DNA from: an uncultured Bacteroidia bacterium
Lineage (GTDB): Bacteria; Bacteroidota; Bacteroidia; Bacteroidales; UBA932
DNA length: 64,000 bases
Reading direction: 5' to 3'
Assembly (NCBI GenBank): GCA_902778855.1
Contig: CACYZM010000001.1
Span: 5,838-69,837 of the forward strand
Below the pieces are notes generated by a model. It was not told the DNA's origin, made no database searches, and saw only the letters and a list, made by a program, of their open reading frames with translations. Position numbers and translations under genes: made by a program. Positions 16,955 to 26,170 of the stretch are shown piece after piece (position 1 is the first letter of the stretch; each line of letters opens with the position of its first letter).

Positions 16955-19297
16955 TTAGAGTGCCAGGATGTCGTGAAGGACGCCGGCGGCGGTTTGGCGG
17001 GGGCCGGCGCCGGCGCCGCGGATGACTTGCGGCGACGGATAGTCGGCGGTCGTGATGACGGCACAGTTATCGGTGCCGGTAAGCGTATACAGCGGACTGT
17101 CGGGGCCGACGGCCTGCAAGCCGACGGTGGCGCGGCCCTGCCCGTCCAGCCGGGCGACATAGCGCAGGCGAAGGCCTTGGGCTGTGGCTTCCGCGAAAGC
17201 GGCAGCCAGCTCGGCCTCGGCGGGGAATGGCGTCAGACACACGTCTTTTTCCTCCAGCGGGAAGCCGGCCACACGGGCGAGGATAAGCGTTTTGCGCAGG
17301 ACGTCGCGGCCGCTCAGGTCGATCGAAGGATCGGGTTCGGTGTAGCCTTTCTGCCGGGCTTCTTCCACCAGGGCGGCGAAATCGTGTCCTTCATAGCGGT
17401 CGCAGAGATAGTTGAGCGTCCCCGAAAGGACGGCCTCGACCGACACGACCGTGTCGCCCGAAACGGCTGCCCGCTCCAGCGTCGCGAGGATCGGCAGCGC
17501 GGCGCCAACCGTCGTCTCATAGCGCAGGCCCACGTGCTCGCGGGCCGCCGTGCCGACCAACGCGGCATAGCGGGCTTCACTTCCGGCGAACGGGATCTTG
17601 TTGCAGGCCACGATGCTATAGCCGGCTTTCATCAGCTGCGGATACCGCAGGCCCGTTTCCTCGCTGGCCGTACAGTCGACAAACACGGAATTGGCCAGCG
17701 ACAAATCGGCCAAAGCGCCGAAGAAGGAACCGGCGACTCCGTCGGCCAAAGCGGCGGGATCTACCCCGGCGGTATCGATCAGATAGCGGCGGCTGTTGGC
17801 CAGGCCGCAGATGCGCAGGTCCTTGCCGGTGCGCGCCGCAATGGCGTCGTGATTCTCGAAGATCATTTTTACCAGCGCCTTGCCGACCGTCCCGTACCCG
17901 GCGATGAACAAGTTCACCGTCTGCAGCGGCGAGCGGTCGAAGAACTCGTTGTGGATGGCCCGGATGGCCTCGTCAGCCTTGTCGGAAGCGACGATCACCG
18001 AAATGTTCCGTTCGGAAGAGCCTTGCGCCGTGGCGCGGACCGGGATGCCGCGGGCGCCGAGCGCCGCGAGCATCCGCCCTGTCGCACCACTGTGCCCCAG
18101 GATGTCGTCGCCCACCAGGCAGACGATCGAATAGCCTTTCTCTACCTTGAGCGGCTGGAGCTTGCCGAGCGAGATTTCGTAGGCGAAACAGGTGTCGGCG
18201 GCCTTTTTGGCGGCCGGCGCGTCGGCCTCGGCGATGGCGATGCACATCGTGTGGACCGACGAGGCCTGCGTGATCAGGATGATGTTGATGCCGGCCCGGG
18301 TCAGGGCGTCGAACAGCCGTGACGAAAAGCCTGGGATGCCGACCATCCCGCTGCCTTCCAGCGAGATGAGGGCGATCTTGTCGGAATTGGCGATGCCCAG
18401 CAGCGCCTCTTCGCGCCGCGGCGGATTCTTTTCCACTAGCGTTCCGGGATCGTCGGGCGTAAACGTATCTTTCACATAGATCGGAATCCCCTCGTTGACC
18501 ACGGGCTGGATGGTCGGCGGGAAGATGACTTTCGCCCCGAAGTGCGAAAGCTCCTGCGCCGCCCGGTAGGAAATGTTGCGGATGGTTCGCGCGGTCGGAA
18601 CGGTCTTGGGATTGGACGTCATGATGCCGGGTACGTCGGTCCAGATCTCGACCAGCCGGGCGTTGACGCCGACCGCGAAGAGCGACGCGGTGTAGTCGCT
18701 GCCCCCGCGGCCCAGGGTCGTGACGCGGCCCTGCTCGTCGGAGGCAATGAAACCGGGGGCGATGAACAGGGACGTATGAGGATACGCATCGATGGCTGCC
18801 GCCACGTTGGCGTAGGTTTTCGCGGTATCTACGACGCCGCCGACCGTCCGGATGATTTCGCGAGAATCGAGCCAGCGGCAGGGAATGCCGAGCGAGGTGA
18901 ATTTGTCGGCGAGGATTTTCGTCGAGAACAGTTCACCATAGCTCTGCACGGCGTCGAGACTCGTCGGACTGAGTTCGCCCAGAAGGAACACGCCGTGAAG
19001 GATGCCCCGCAGGGAGTCGAAGAGTCCGTCGACCGTCTCGGTGACAGCCGGCAGCCGGTCGGCCGGCAGCAGGCCTTCCATCAGGCGGCGATGTTTCTGA
19101 TACAAGGCGTCGAGCTCCGCCAGATAGGCCTCGTCGCGTGCCGCGGCCAGCCGGCCGAGCCGGATCAGGGCGTCGGTGCAGCCGCTGATGGCCGAGCAGA
19201 CGAGCAGGGTCCGGTCGCGCTCGAGCGACGTACGGACAATCTCGATGATTCTTTCCGGGCGCGCCACCGACGTGCCGCCAAATTTCAATACTTGCAT
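16955..19297 (-). CDS. thrA: bifunctional aspartokinase / homoserine dehydrogenase
   Basis: 780 aa. N-terminus MQVLKFGGTSV (aspartokinase), ACT region, and a C-terminal homoserine dehydrogenase domain (FIAGYGTVGKAL). Confidence 0.9.
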   Translation of the reverse strand: MQVLKFGGTSVARPERIIEIVRTSLERDRTLLVCSAISGCTDALIRLGRLAAARDEAYLAELDALYQKHRRLMEGLLPADRLPAVTETVDGLFDSLRGILHGVFLLGELSPTSLDAVQSYGELFSTKILADKFTSLGIPCRWLDSREIIRTVGGVVDTAKTYANVAAAIDAYPHTSLFIAPGFIASDEQGRVTTLGRGGSDYTASLFAVGVNARLVEIWTDVPGIMTSNPKTVPTARTIRNISYRAAQELSHFGAKVIFPPTIQPVVNEGIPIYVKDTFTPDDPGTLVEKNPPRREEALLGIANSDKIALISLEGSGMVGIPGFSSRLFDALTRAGINIILITQASSVHTMCIAIAEADAPAAKKAADTCFAYEISLGKLQPLKVEKGYSIVCLVGDDILGHSGATGRMLAALGARGIPVRATAQGSSERNISVIVASDKADEAIRAIHNEFFDRSPLQTVNLFIAGYGTVGKALVKMIFENHDAIAARTGKDLRICGLANSRRYLIDTAGVDPAALADGVAGSFFGALADLSLANSVFVDCTASEETGLRYPQLMKAGYSIVACNKIPFAGSEARYAALVGTAAREHVGLRYETTVGAALPILATLERAAVSGDTVVSVEAVLSGTLNYLCDRYEGHDFAALVEEARQKGYTEPDPSIDLSGRDVLRKTLILARVAGFPLEEKDVCLTPFPAEAELAAAFAEATAQGLRLRYVARLDGQGRATVGLQAVGPDSPLYTLTGTDNCAVITTADYPSPQVIRGAGAGPRQTAAGVLHDILAL

Positions 19298-20286
19298 AGC
19301 AATTGTTTCAATTGTTCGGTCTCCAGGAGAAAACCGTCGTGACCGAAAGACGAGGTTAAACGTTTATACACGGCTCCGGGGATGCTGGAAGCCCAGGCTT
19401 CGACTTCGGCGGGCGGGAAGATGCTGTCGGTGTCGATCGAGGCGACGACCGTCTTCGCCCGGATGCGGCCCAGCGCCGCGGCTACGCCGCCGCGGCCGCG
19501 GCCCACGTTATGGCTGTCTACGGCATTGCAAAGATAATAATAAGAATATGCATCGAACCCGCGCCGGACCAGCTTTTCTCCCTGATAGCGTTCATAGGAA
19601 GCCGCCCGGGAGGCAAAGAGCGTGTCGTCGTCAGGCTCGGCCTGCGTGAGGCCATAGCCTTCGAAGCAGCGGTAGGAGATCAGCGCCTGGGCGCGGGCGC
19701 AGCGGAGGCCGGCGGCGCCGCCCGCGAGCGAGGCGGCCGGCCGGAACGTCGCGTCGGCCTCGAGGGCCATCCGCTGCGTCTCGATGCCCGCCGACAGGTA
19801 CGGGGACACCCGCGGCGAGGTGGCGATGAAAGCGGCCCGGTCGAACAGATCGGGCTCCGAAACCGCCCACTCCACCGCCTGGAACCCGCCGATGGAACTA
19901 CCCACCAGCAGGTCGATCCGGTCGATGGCCAGCTCCCGCCGGACGGCGGCCATCGCCGCCACCATATCGCGGACCGTGACGGCCGGAAAGTCGAAGAAGT
20001 ACGGCCGCCCCGTCACCGGGTCGACCGACGCCGGCCCCGAGGAACCGTAGGGCGAAGCGAGCATATTGACACAGACGATGTAATCCCGCTCCGTATCGAA
20101 AAACTTGCCCGCGCCCACCATCTCCGGCCACCAGTCTTCCGGATCGCTATTGGCCGTCAGGGCGTGGCAGATCCACACGATGCGGCCGCGCCGCTCGGGC
20201 GAAGTGTGGTACACCACCTTCACCCGGTCGAGCCGGCCGCCCGCTTCGAAGGCGAAATCGTCCAGGAACAGTTCGTGCCGGATCAT
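19285..20286 (-). CDS. metX: homoserine O-acetyltransferase
   Basis: Alpha/beta hydrolase with ICHALTANSD and GSSIGG motifs. The track ORF extends to 20544, but that extension overlaps metY. The ATG at 20284-20286 forms an ATGA overlap with the metY stop. Confidence 0.85.
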   Translation of the reverse strand: MIRHELFLDDFAFEAGGRLDRVKVVYHTSPERRGRIVWICHALTANSDPEDWWPEMVGAGKFFDTERDYIVCVNMLASPYGSSGPASVDPVTGRPYFFDFPAVTVRDMVAAMAAVRRELAIDRIDLLVGSSIGGFQAVEWAVSEPDLFDRAAFIATSPRVSPYLSAGIETQRMALEADATFRPAASLAGGAAGLRCARAQALISYRCFEGYGLTQAEPDDDTLFASRAASYERYQGEKLVRRGFDAYSYYYLCNAVDSHNVGRGRGGVAAALGRIRAKTVVASIDTDSIFPPAEVEAWASSIPGAVYKRLTSSFGHDGFLLETEQLKQLLCKY

Positions 20287-21572
20287 GCCTGATGGGCCGC
20301 CTCCAGCGCCTGGGACAAATCGTCGATGATGTCTTCGACATCTTCCAGTCCGATGCTCAGGCGCATCAGGCCGGGGTCGATGCCCGCGGCGCGCAACTGC
20401 GTGTCGCTGAGCTGCCGGTGCGTATGCGAAGCGGGGTGCAGGATGCAGCTGTGGCAATCCGCCACGTGCGTCTCGATGGTGATGAGCCGCAGGGCGTCCA
20501 TAAAGCGGTTGTCGAAATCCCGCCCGCCCTTCAGGCCCAGGCACAGCACGCCGCTGGTGCCTTCCGGCAGGTATTTCAGGGCTTTCGCGTGCTCTTTGTC
20601 GCCCGGCAGGCCGGGATACTTCACCCAGGCCACGTCGGGATGGCGTTCGAGGAACCGCGCCACTTCAAGTGCGCTTTCGCAGTGGCGGGGCATCCGCAGG
20701 TGCAGCGTCTGCAGGCCGAGGTTCAGGTAGAAGGCGTTCTGGGGGCTCTGGATCGAGCCGAGGTCGCGCATCAGGTGCGTGGTGGCCTTGGTGATGTAGG
20801 CAGCTCTGCCGAAGGCCTTCGTATAGACGAGTCCGTGGTACGAAGCGTCGGGCGTGCAGAGGCCGGGGAACTTGTCGGCGTGCGCCTCCCAGTCGAAGTT
20901 GCCGCTGTCGACCAGCGCACCGCCCACGGCCACGCCGTGGCCGTCCATATATTTCGTGGTGGAATGGGTCACGATGTCGGCGCCCCATTCGAAAGGCCGG
21001 CAGTTCACCGGCGTGGGGAAGGTATTGTCGACGATCAGCGGCACGCCGTGCGTATGGGCGAGGCGGGCGAATTTCTCGATGTCGAGCACTTCCACGCCCG
21101 GGTTGGAGAGGGTTTCGCCGAACAGGAGTTTGGTTTCGGGGCGGAACGCCGCGGCGATTGTTTCCTCAGGGTCGTCGGGATTGACGAAGGTCACGTCGAT
21201 GCCCATTTTCGTGAGGGTGACGCCCAGGAGGTTGAAGGTGCCGCCGTAAATGTTGGCGGCGCTGACGATATGGTCGCCGGCCTGGCAGATGTTCAGGCAG
21301 GCGAACAGGTTCGCCGCTTGGCCCGAGGAAGTAAGCATCGCGCCCACGCCGCCCTCGAGGTCGGCGATTTTGGCTGCCGCGTGGTCGTTGGTCGGGTTCT
21401 GGAGGCGGGTGTAGAAGTACCCGCTTTCTTCGAGGTCGAACAACCGGCCCATCTGGTCGGAGGTCTCGTATTTGAAGGTCGTACTTTGGATGATCGGGAT
21501 CTGTCGGGGCTCCCCCTTCCCGGGCTTGTAGCCCGCCTGCACGCAACGCGTGCCGATGCCTTGTTTCTTCAT
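20283..21572 (-). CDS. metY: O-acetylhomoserine aminocarboxypropyltransferase (sulfhydrylase)
   Basis: A 429-aa PLP enzyme. TRCVQAGY...QSTTFKY...YTRLQNPT is typical of MetY/Cys-Met metabolism enzymes. Confidence 0.9.
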   Translation of the reverse strand: MKKQGIGTRCVQAGYKPGKGEPRQIPIIQSTTFKYETSDQMGRLFDLEESGYFYTRLQNPTNDHAAAKIADLEGGVGAMLTSSGQAANLFACLNICQAGDHIVSAANIYGGTFNLLGVTLTKMGIDVTFVNPDDPEETIAAAFRPETKLLFGETLSNPGVEVLDIEKFARLAHTHGVPLIVDNTFPTPVNCRPFEWGADIVTHSTTKYMDGHGVAVGGALVDSGNFDWEAHADKFPGLCTPDASYHGLVYTKAFGRAAYITKATTHLMRDLGSIQSPQNAFYLNLGLQTLHLRMPRHCESALEVARFLERHPDVAWVKYPGLPGDKEHAKALKYLPEGTSGVLCLGLKGGRDFDNRFMDALRLITIETHVADCHSCILHPASHTHRQLSDTQLRAAGIDPGLMRLSIGLEDVEDIIDDLSQALEAAHQA

Positions 21573-21587
21573 AGCTTTCTTTTTATT

Positions 21588-21613
21588 TCCGACATCTATG
21601 CATGGATGTCGGA
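21588..21613. promoter_or_regulatory. 26-bp near-perfect palindrome (candidate operator) at the metY transcription start
   Basis: TCCGACATC-TATGCATG-GATGTCGGA has 9-bp perfect arms and an ATGCAT core. It lies directly downstream of the metY -7 box, in the metY/lrp divergent intergenic region. Confidence 0.45.
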
Positions 21614-21615
21614 TA

Positions 21616-21623
21616 CAAAGATA
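21616..21623 (-). promoter_or_regulatory. Bacteroidota -7 promoter box (TATCTTTG) for the metY operon
   Basis: The minus strand reads TATCTTTG, ~44 nt upstream of the metY ATG. Confidence 0.5.
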
Positions 21624-21674
21624 GATGTCAGCATCTACGCAGACAATAGTCTACGATAATTCGGAAAATATTTC

Positions 21675-21682
21675 TATTTTTG
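21675..21682 (+). promoter_or_regulatory. Bacteroidota -7 promoter box (TATTTTTG) for lrp
   Basis: TAnnTTTG match ~36 nt upstream of the ATG at 21718. Confidence 0.45.
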
Positions 21683-21717
21683 CCATAATTATTGATTCAA
21701 TTAGAAAATTATTCTAA

Positions 21718-22197
21718 ATGATTGACGAAATTGATATAAAAATTCTCCGTGCTTTGCAGGAGGATGCGCGGCAGACGACGAAGGAGCTGGCGGCGAAGGT
21801 CAACCTTTCGACGACGCCGGTGTTTGAACGGCTGAAGCGGCTGGAACGGGAGGGGTATATCCGGCAGTATGTCGCGATTCTCGATGCGGAGAAACTCGAC
21901 CTGGGCTTCGAAGTGTATTGTTCCGTCAAGCTGAAACAGATGTCGCGCGACGTGGCCCGCGACTTCACCCGGATGATCCGCCAGATTCCGCAGGTGGCCG
22001 AGTGCTACAACATCTCGGGCGAGTACGACTACCTGCTCAAGATCCGGGCGCGCAATATGAAACAGTACAACGATTTCATCATCAATACCCTCGGTACCCT
22101 CGACACCATCGGCAGCATCCAGTCGTCCTTCGTGATGGACGAGATCAAACACTCCTACGGACTGTATCTCTCCGATTCCCCCGTCGTAAAAAGCTGA
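21718..22197 (+). CDS. Lrp/AsnC-family transcriptional regulator
   Basis: IDEIDIKILRALQEDARQTTKELAAKVNLSTTPVFERLKRLEREGYI HTH followed by a RAM domain; 159 aa. Confidence 0.85.
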   Translation: MIDEIDIKILRALQEDARQTTKELAAKVNLSTTPVFERLKRLEREGYIRQYVAILDAEKLDLGFEVYCSVKLKQMSRDVARDFTRMIRQIPQVAECYNISGEYDYLLKIRARNMKQYNDFIINTLGTLDTIGSIQSSFVMDEIKHSYGLYLSDSPVVKS

Positions 22198-22200
22198 GCT

Positions 22201-22938
22201 ATGAAAAAGTCCTTCCTGTGCCTTCTCTTTTTGCTGGCAGCCGCCCTGCCGGGGCGGTGCGACGGAATCGATTCCTGGTTTGCGGGACTGGATACCACGG
22301 CCTTCCTGCTGGTCGACAAGCAGAAACTGACGCTGACGCTGGTAGCGCTGGGCGGCCGGATTGAACGGGACTACCGCATCGCCTGCGGCGAAAACTTCGG
22401 CAACAAGACCCAAAAGGGCGACCATCGGACGCCCGAAGGGCGATTCCCCATCAACCAGTTGCTCAACGCCGCCGGACTGAGCCATGACTTCGGCGACGGG
22501 AAAGGGCCCATAGCCAATGCCTACGGACCGTGGTTCCTCCGGCTCGACGTCCCCGGCTTCATCACCATCGGCATCCACGGGACCCATCTCCCGGAATCCA
22601 TCGGGAACCGGGCCACGGAAGGGTGCATCCGCCTGCGCAACGAAGACATTCTCGACCTGAAGGAACGCGTCGCGGTCGGCATGCCCGTGGTCATCCTGCC
22701 CGACTCGCTCACGCAACCCGTCGGCGCCCTGCTCGCAATCCTGGGCAGACCCGAACCTGCCGAAGCGATCGAGCCGGCCGAAGCAGAAACGGTCGTGACC
22801 ACCGAGACAGCCGATAATACCACTGCGGCCAACAACGGACCCAACTGGGCCCTGGTGGCCCTTGCGGCCGTGGCCGGCATCGCGGCCGGCGTCGCAGCCG
22901 TCCGAATCTTCAACAAGAAACGCCATGCAAACCTTTGA
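22201..22938 (+). CDS. L,D-transpeptidase (YkuD) family protein with C-terminal membrane anchor
   Basis: IGIHGTH...ATEGCIRLRNEDI catalytic motif and a C-terminal hydrophobic segment WALVALAAVAGIAAGVAAV. Confidence 0.8.
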   Translation: MKKSFLCLLFLLAAALPGRCDGIDSWFAGLDTTAFLLVDKQKLTLTLVALGGRIERDYRIACGENFGNKTQKGDHRTPEGRFPINQLLNAAGLSHDFGDGKGPIANAYGPWFLRLDVPGFITIGIHGTHLPESIGNRATEGCIRLRNEDILDLKERVAVGMPVVILPDSLTQPVGALLAILGRPEPAEAIEPAEAETVVTTETADNTTAANNGPNWALVALAAVAGIAAGVAAVRIFNKKRHANL

Positions 22939-25189
22939 TACCATCCGCATCCGCGGGGCGCGGGAGAATAACCTCCGCAACCTGTCGCTCGACATTCCCA
23001 AATACCAGATCACCATTTTCACGGGCGTCTCGGGCTCCGGCAAGAGTTCGCTGGTGATGGATACCATCGCGGCGAAGAGCCGGCGGGAGCTCAACGACAC
23101 CTTCCCTACCTTCGTCCAGCAATATCTCCCGAAATACGGGCGGCCGAAGGTCGATTCCATCGAAGGCCTGCCCATCGCCATCGTCATCGACCAGAAGAAG
23201 CCGGCGCAGAACTCCCGTTCCACGGTCGGCACCTATACCGATATATACGCGTTGCTGCGACTGCTCTTCTCGCGCGTGGGAAAACCCTTCGTCGGCTATT
23301 CCGACAGCTTCAGCTTCAACCACCCGCAGGGCAGCTGCCCGCGCTGCGCCGGCCTGGGCGAGATCCGCGAACTCGACATCCACAAGCTCGTGGACTTCGA
23401 CAAGAGCCTCAACGACGAGGACACCATCCACTACATCGCCTTCGGCAAGGGCGGCTGGCGCTGGATCCGCTACGCGCACAGCGGCCTGTTCGACCTCGAC
23501 AAGAAGATCAGGGACTATTCGCCCGAAGAACTCGATCTCTTCCTCAACAGCCCGCAGATCCGCCTCAAGAACCCGCCGAAGAACTGGCCGAAAACCGCCA
23601 AGTACGAAGGCCTGATTCCCCGGATGTACCGCAGCATCATCAATTCGGAAGAAGGGCTGCTGCACGCGGCCGTGCTGAATCCCATGCTTACGATGGGCAC
23701 CTGCCCCGACTGCGGCGGCACGCGCCTCAACCCGAAAGTGCTGACCTGCAAGATCGAAGGCAAGAACATCGCCGAGGTCTGCGCGATGAGCGTCACGCGG
23801 CTGAACGCCTGGGTGCAGGGACTCACCGATCCGCTGGCGGCCGACCTGAAAGCCGCCATCGGAGCGCGCCTTTCCGCGCTGGAGGAAATCGGACTGGGCT
23901 ATCTCTCGCTCAGCCGACCTGTCGGCACACTTTCCGGCGGCGAAGCGCAGCGCTGCAAGATTGCCAAGTACATCAATTCTTCGCTGGCCGACGTGCTCTA
24001 CATCCTCGACGAACCGAGCGTGGGGCTGCACCCGCGCGACATCGAGCGCCTGAAGCGCTCGGTGCGCCGGCTGCGCGACGCGGGCAACACCGTCCTGCTG
24101 GTGGAGCACCATCCCGAGATGATCCGCATCGCCGACCACATCGTGGACCTGGGGCCGGGCCCCGGCATCGACGGCGGCCGGATCCTGTTCGAGGGATTGT
24201 TCGACGACCTGCTGCGAAGCGACACGGCCACGGGACACCTGATGGAGGAGCGCCTGCCCTTCAAAACAGCTCCGCGGACAGGGACCGGCGCCTTCCGCGT
24301 GGAAAACGCCACGCTCAACAACCTCCGTGGCCTGACCGTCGATTTCCCCCTCGGGGTCTTCGGCGTCATCGCCGGCGTGGCCGGGTCCGGCAAGAGTTCG
24401 CTGATGGAGTGCTTCCGGCAGCAGTATCCCGATCCCGACAAGGTGATCTACATCAGCCAGAAAAACATCGGCGTGAGCCTCCGCTCCACGCCCGGCACCT
24501 ATATGGACGTGGCGGGCGACATCCGCAAGGCCTTCGCCAAGGCCCATAAACTGAAGGAAGCCTATTTCACCTTCAATGGCGCCGGCGCCTGCCCCGTATG
24601 CGGCGGAAAGGGCGTCATCGTCTCCGAAATGGCTTTCATGGACGCCATCGAAACCACCTGCGAGGCCTGCGGCGGCCTCCGCTACCGCCCCGAGGCGCTG
24701 GCCTACACGCTGACCAGCCCGGCAACAGGCGAGACGCTCAACATCGCCCAGACCTTTGACCTGTCGGTCCGGCTGGCTTCGGCCTTTTTCAAGGGAACCG
24801 TCATCGAGAAGAAACTCAAGCCGCTGGTCGACGTCGGCTTGCAGTACCTCCACCTCAACCAGGCGCTCTCCACCCTCTCGGGCGGCGAGCTGCAGCGGCT
24901 CAAGCTGGCCTCCTACCTCGGCGTCGAAGACAAGATCTTCATCGTCGACGAACCCACCGACGGCCTCCACATCCAGGACATCCGCCACATCATCCGCCTG
25001 TTCGACTCCCTGGTGGACCGCGGCAACACGGTCTATATGATCGAGCACAACCTCGACGTCATCCGCAGCGCCGACTTCGTCCTCGAACTCGGCCCCGGCG
25101 CCGGCGAGGCCGGCGGCGAAGTCCTATACAAAGGGCTCCCGGCCGCAATGGCCGGGAGCCCCGATTCAGTGACGGCAAAATACCTCTGA
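22925..25189 (+). CDS. UvrA-like ABC ATPase (short UvrA paralog, ~754 aa)
   Basis: IRIRGARENNLRNL N-terminus. Two Walker A motifs (GVSGSGKSS, GVAGSGKSS), two LSGGE signatures, and Zn-finger CxxC pairs (CPRCAGLG, CPDCGG, CPVCGG, CEACGG). The ATG at 22925 was chosen over the track start at 22862. Confidence 0.85.
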   Translation: MQTFDTIRIRGARENNLRNLSLDIPKYQITIFTGVSGSGKSSLVMDTIAAKSRRELNDTFPTFVQQYLPKYGRPKVDSIEGLPIAIVIDQKKPAQNSRSTVGTYTDIYALLRLLFSRVGKPFVGYSDSFSFNHPQGSCPRCAGLGEIRELDIHKLVDFDKSLNDEDTIHYIAFGKGGWRWIRYAHSGLFDLDKKIRDYSPEELDLFLNSPQIRLKNPPKNWPKTAKYEGLIPRMYRSIINSEEGLLHAAVLNPMLTMGTCPDCGGTRLNPKVLTCKIEGKNIAEVCAMSVTRLNAWVQGLTDPLAADLKAAIGARLSALEEIGLGYLSLSRPVGTLSGGEAQRCKIAKYINSSLADVLYILDEPSVGLHPRDIERLKRSVRRLRDAGNTVLLVEHHPEMIRIADHIVDLGPGPGIDGGRILFEGLFDDLLRSDTATGHLMEERLPFKTAPRTGTGAFRVENATLNNLRGLTVDFPLGVFGVIAGVAGSGKSSLMECFRQQYPDPDKVIYISQKNIGVSLRSTPGTYMDVAGDIRKAFAKAHKLKEAYFTFNGAGACPVCGGKGVIVSEMAFMDAIETTCEACGGLRYRPEALAYTLTSPATGETLNIAQTFDLSVRLASAFFKGTVIEKKLKPLVDVGLQYLHLNQALSTLSGGELQRLKLASYLGVEDKIFIVDEPTDGLHIQDIRHIIRLFDSLVDRGNTVYMIEHNLDVIRSADFVLELGPGAGEAGGEVLYKGLPAAMAGSPDSVTAKYL

Positions 25190-25193
25190 GTCC

Positions 25194-26162
25194 TTACCAG
25201 GCCAGGGCGCTGGCGCCGAGGATGGCGGCGTCGGAGTCCTTGAGGGAGGAGTAGAGGATCTTGATGCGGCCTTTCCAGATCTGGAGCTGGTTCTCTTCCA
25301 TGGCGGCGACCATGTCGTCGTGGAAGAACTTCTTGGCCTTGGCCAGACCGCCGAAGAGGACGATGGCCTCGGGGGCGCTGAACTTCACGAAGTCAGCCAG
25401 CGAACGGCCCAGGATCTGACCGGTGGTCTTGAAGATCTCGACGGCGATCTCGTCGCCCTTGGAGGCGGCGTCGAACACGTCTTTCGACGAGATGGTCTCG
25501 AAATCGACCTCGCGGAGCAGACTCGGCTTGTCGGGATTCTGGGAAAGGATCTTCTGCGCCGTGCGGCGGACGCCCATGGCGCTGCAGTACGTCTCCAGAC
25601 AGCCCTTGAGGCCGCAGTTGCACTGACGGCCGTCGCGGATGGCGATGGTGTGGCCCAGCTCGCCGGCGAAGCCGTCGTGGCCGTAGACGATCTCGCCGTT
25701 GATGACGATACCGCTGCCCACGCCCGTGCCCAGGGTGATCATGATGAAGTTCTTCATGCCGCGCGCCACGCCGTAGGCCATTTCACCCATAGCCGCCGCG
25801 TTCGCGTCGTTGGTGACGGTGACGGGGAGGTTGGTGAAGCTCTTGACCAGGCTGGCCAGCTGCACGATGGTCGGATTGCCGTGCCCGTCGTAGCTCCACT
25901 TCAGGTTGGGGGCGTATTCGACGGTGCCGTTGTAGTAGTTGCCGTTGGGAGCGCCGATGCCGATGCCCTTCACCTTGCCTTCCTTGGCCGTGTCGGCGAT
26001 CAGGGTCTTGATGGCTTTGGTCAGCTCCGTGATATAGTCGATCAGCTCTTCCTGCAGGGAGGAGATGACGGTCTGGGCGATGATTTCGCCTTCTTCATTG
26101 ACGACGCCGAGTTTGGTGCTCTGACCGCCGACGTCGATACCCATAACGAGTTCCTTGGCCAT
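25194..26162 (-). CDS. ROK-family sugar kinase (glucokinase-like)
   Basis: GIDVGGQSTKLGVV N-terminus plus the ROK Zn motif GHTIAIRDGRQCNCGLKGCLE. Confidence 0.85.
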   Translation of the reverse strand: MAKELVMGIDVGGQSTKLGVVNEEGEIIAQTVISSLQEELIDYITELTKAIKTLIADTAKEGKVKGIGIGAPNGNYYNGTVEYAPNLKWSYDGHGNPTIVQLASLVKSFTNLPVTVTNDANAAAMGEMAYGVARGMKNFIMITLGTGVGSGIVINGEIVYGHDGFAGELGHTIAIRDGRQCNCGLKGCLETYCSAMGVRRTAQKILSQNPDKPSLLREVDFETISSKDVFDAASKGDEIAVEIFKTTGQILGRSLADFVKFSAPEAIVLFGGLAKAKKFFHDDMVAAMEENQLQIWKGRIKILYSSLKDSDAAILGASALAW

Positions 26163-26170
26163 ACGTCCGC

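Noticed and set aside
20287-20544. N-terminal 86-aa extension of the metX ORF (track ORF 19285-20544)
   Set aside because: The extension lies entirely within the metY coding region in another frame, and it is Arg/Pro/His-rich. The internal ATG at 20286 gives the conserved MetX N-terminus and an ATGA overlap with the metY stop.
21573-21615. Possible SAM riboswitch (SAM-I or SAM-II) in the metY leader
   Set aside because: The leader between the -7 box and the ATG is only ~40 nt, too short for SAM-I. The single hairpin loop (CAUGCAUA) can pair with only 4 nt around the start codon. I cannot place the SAM-II pseudoknot with any confidence. The palindrome is better explained as a DNA operator. 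An Rfam/Infernal scan would settle it.
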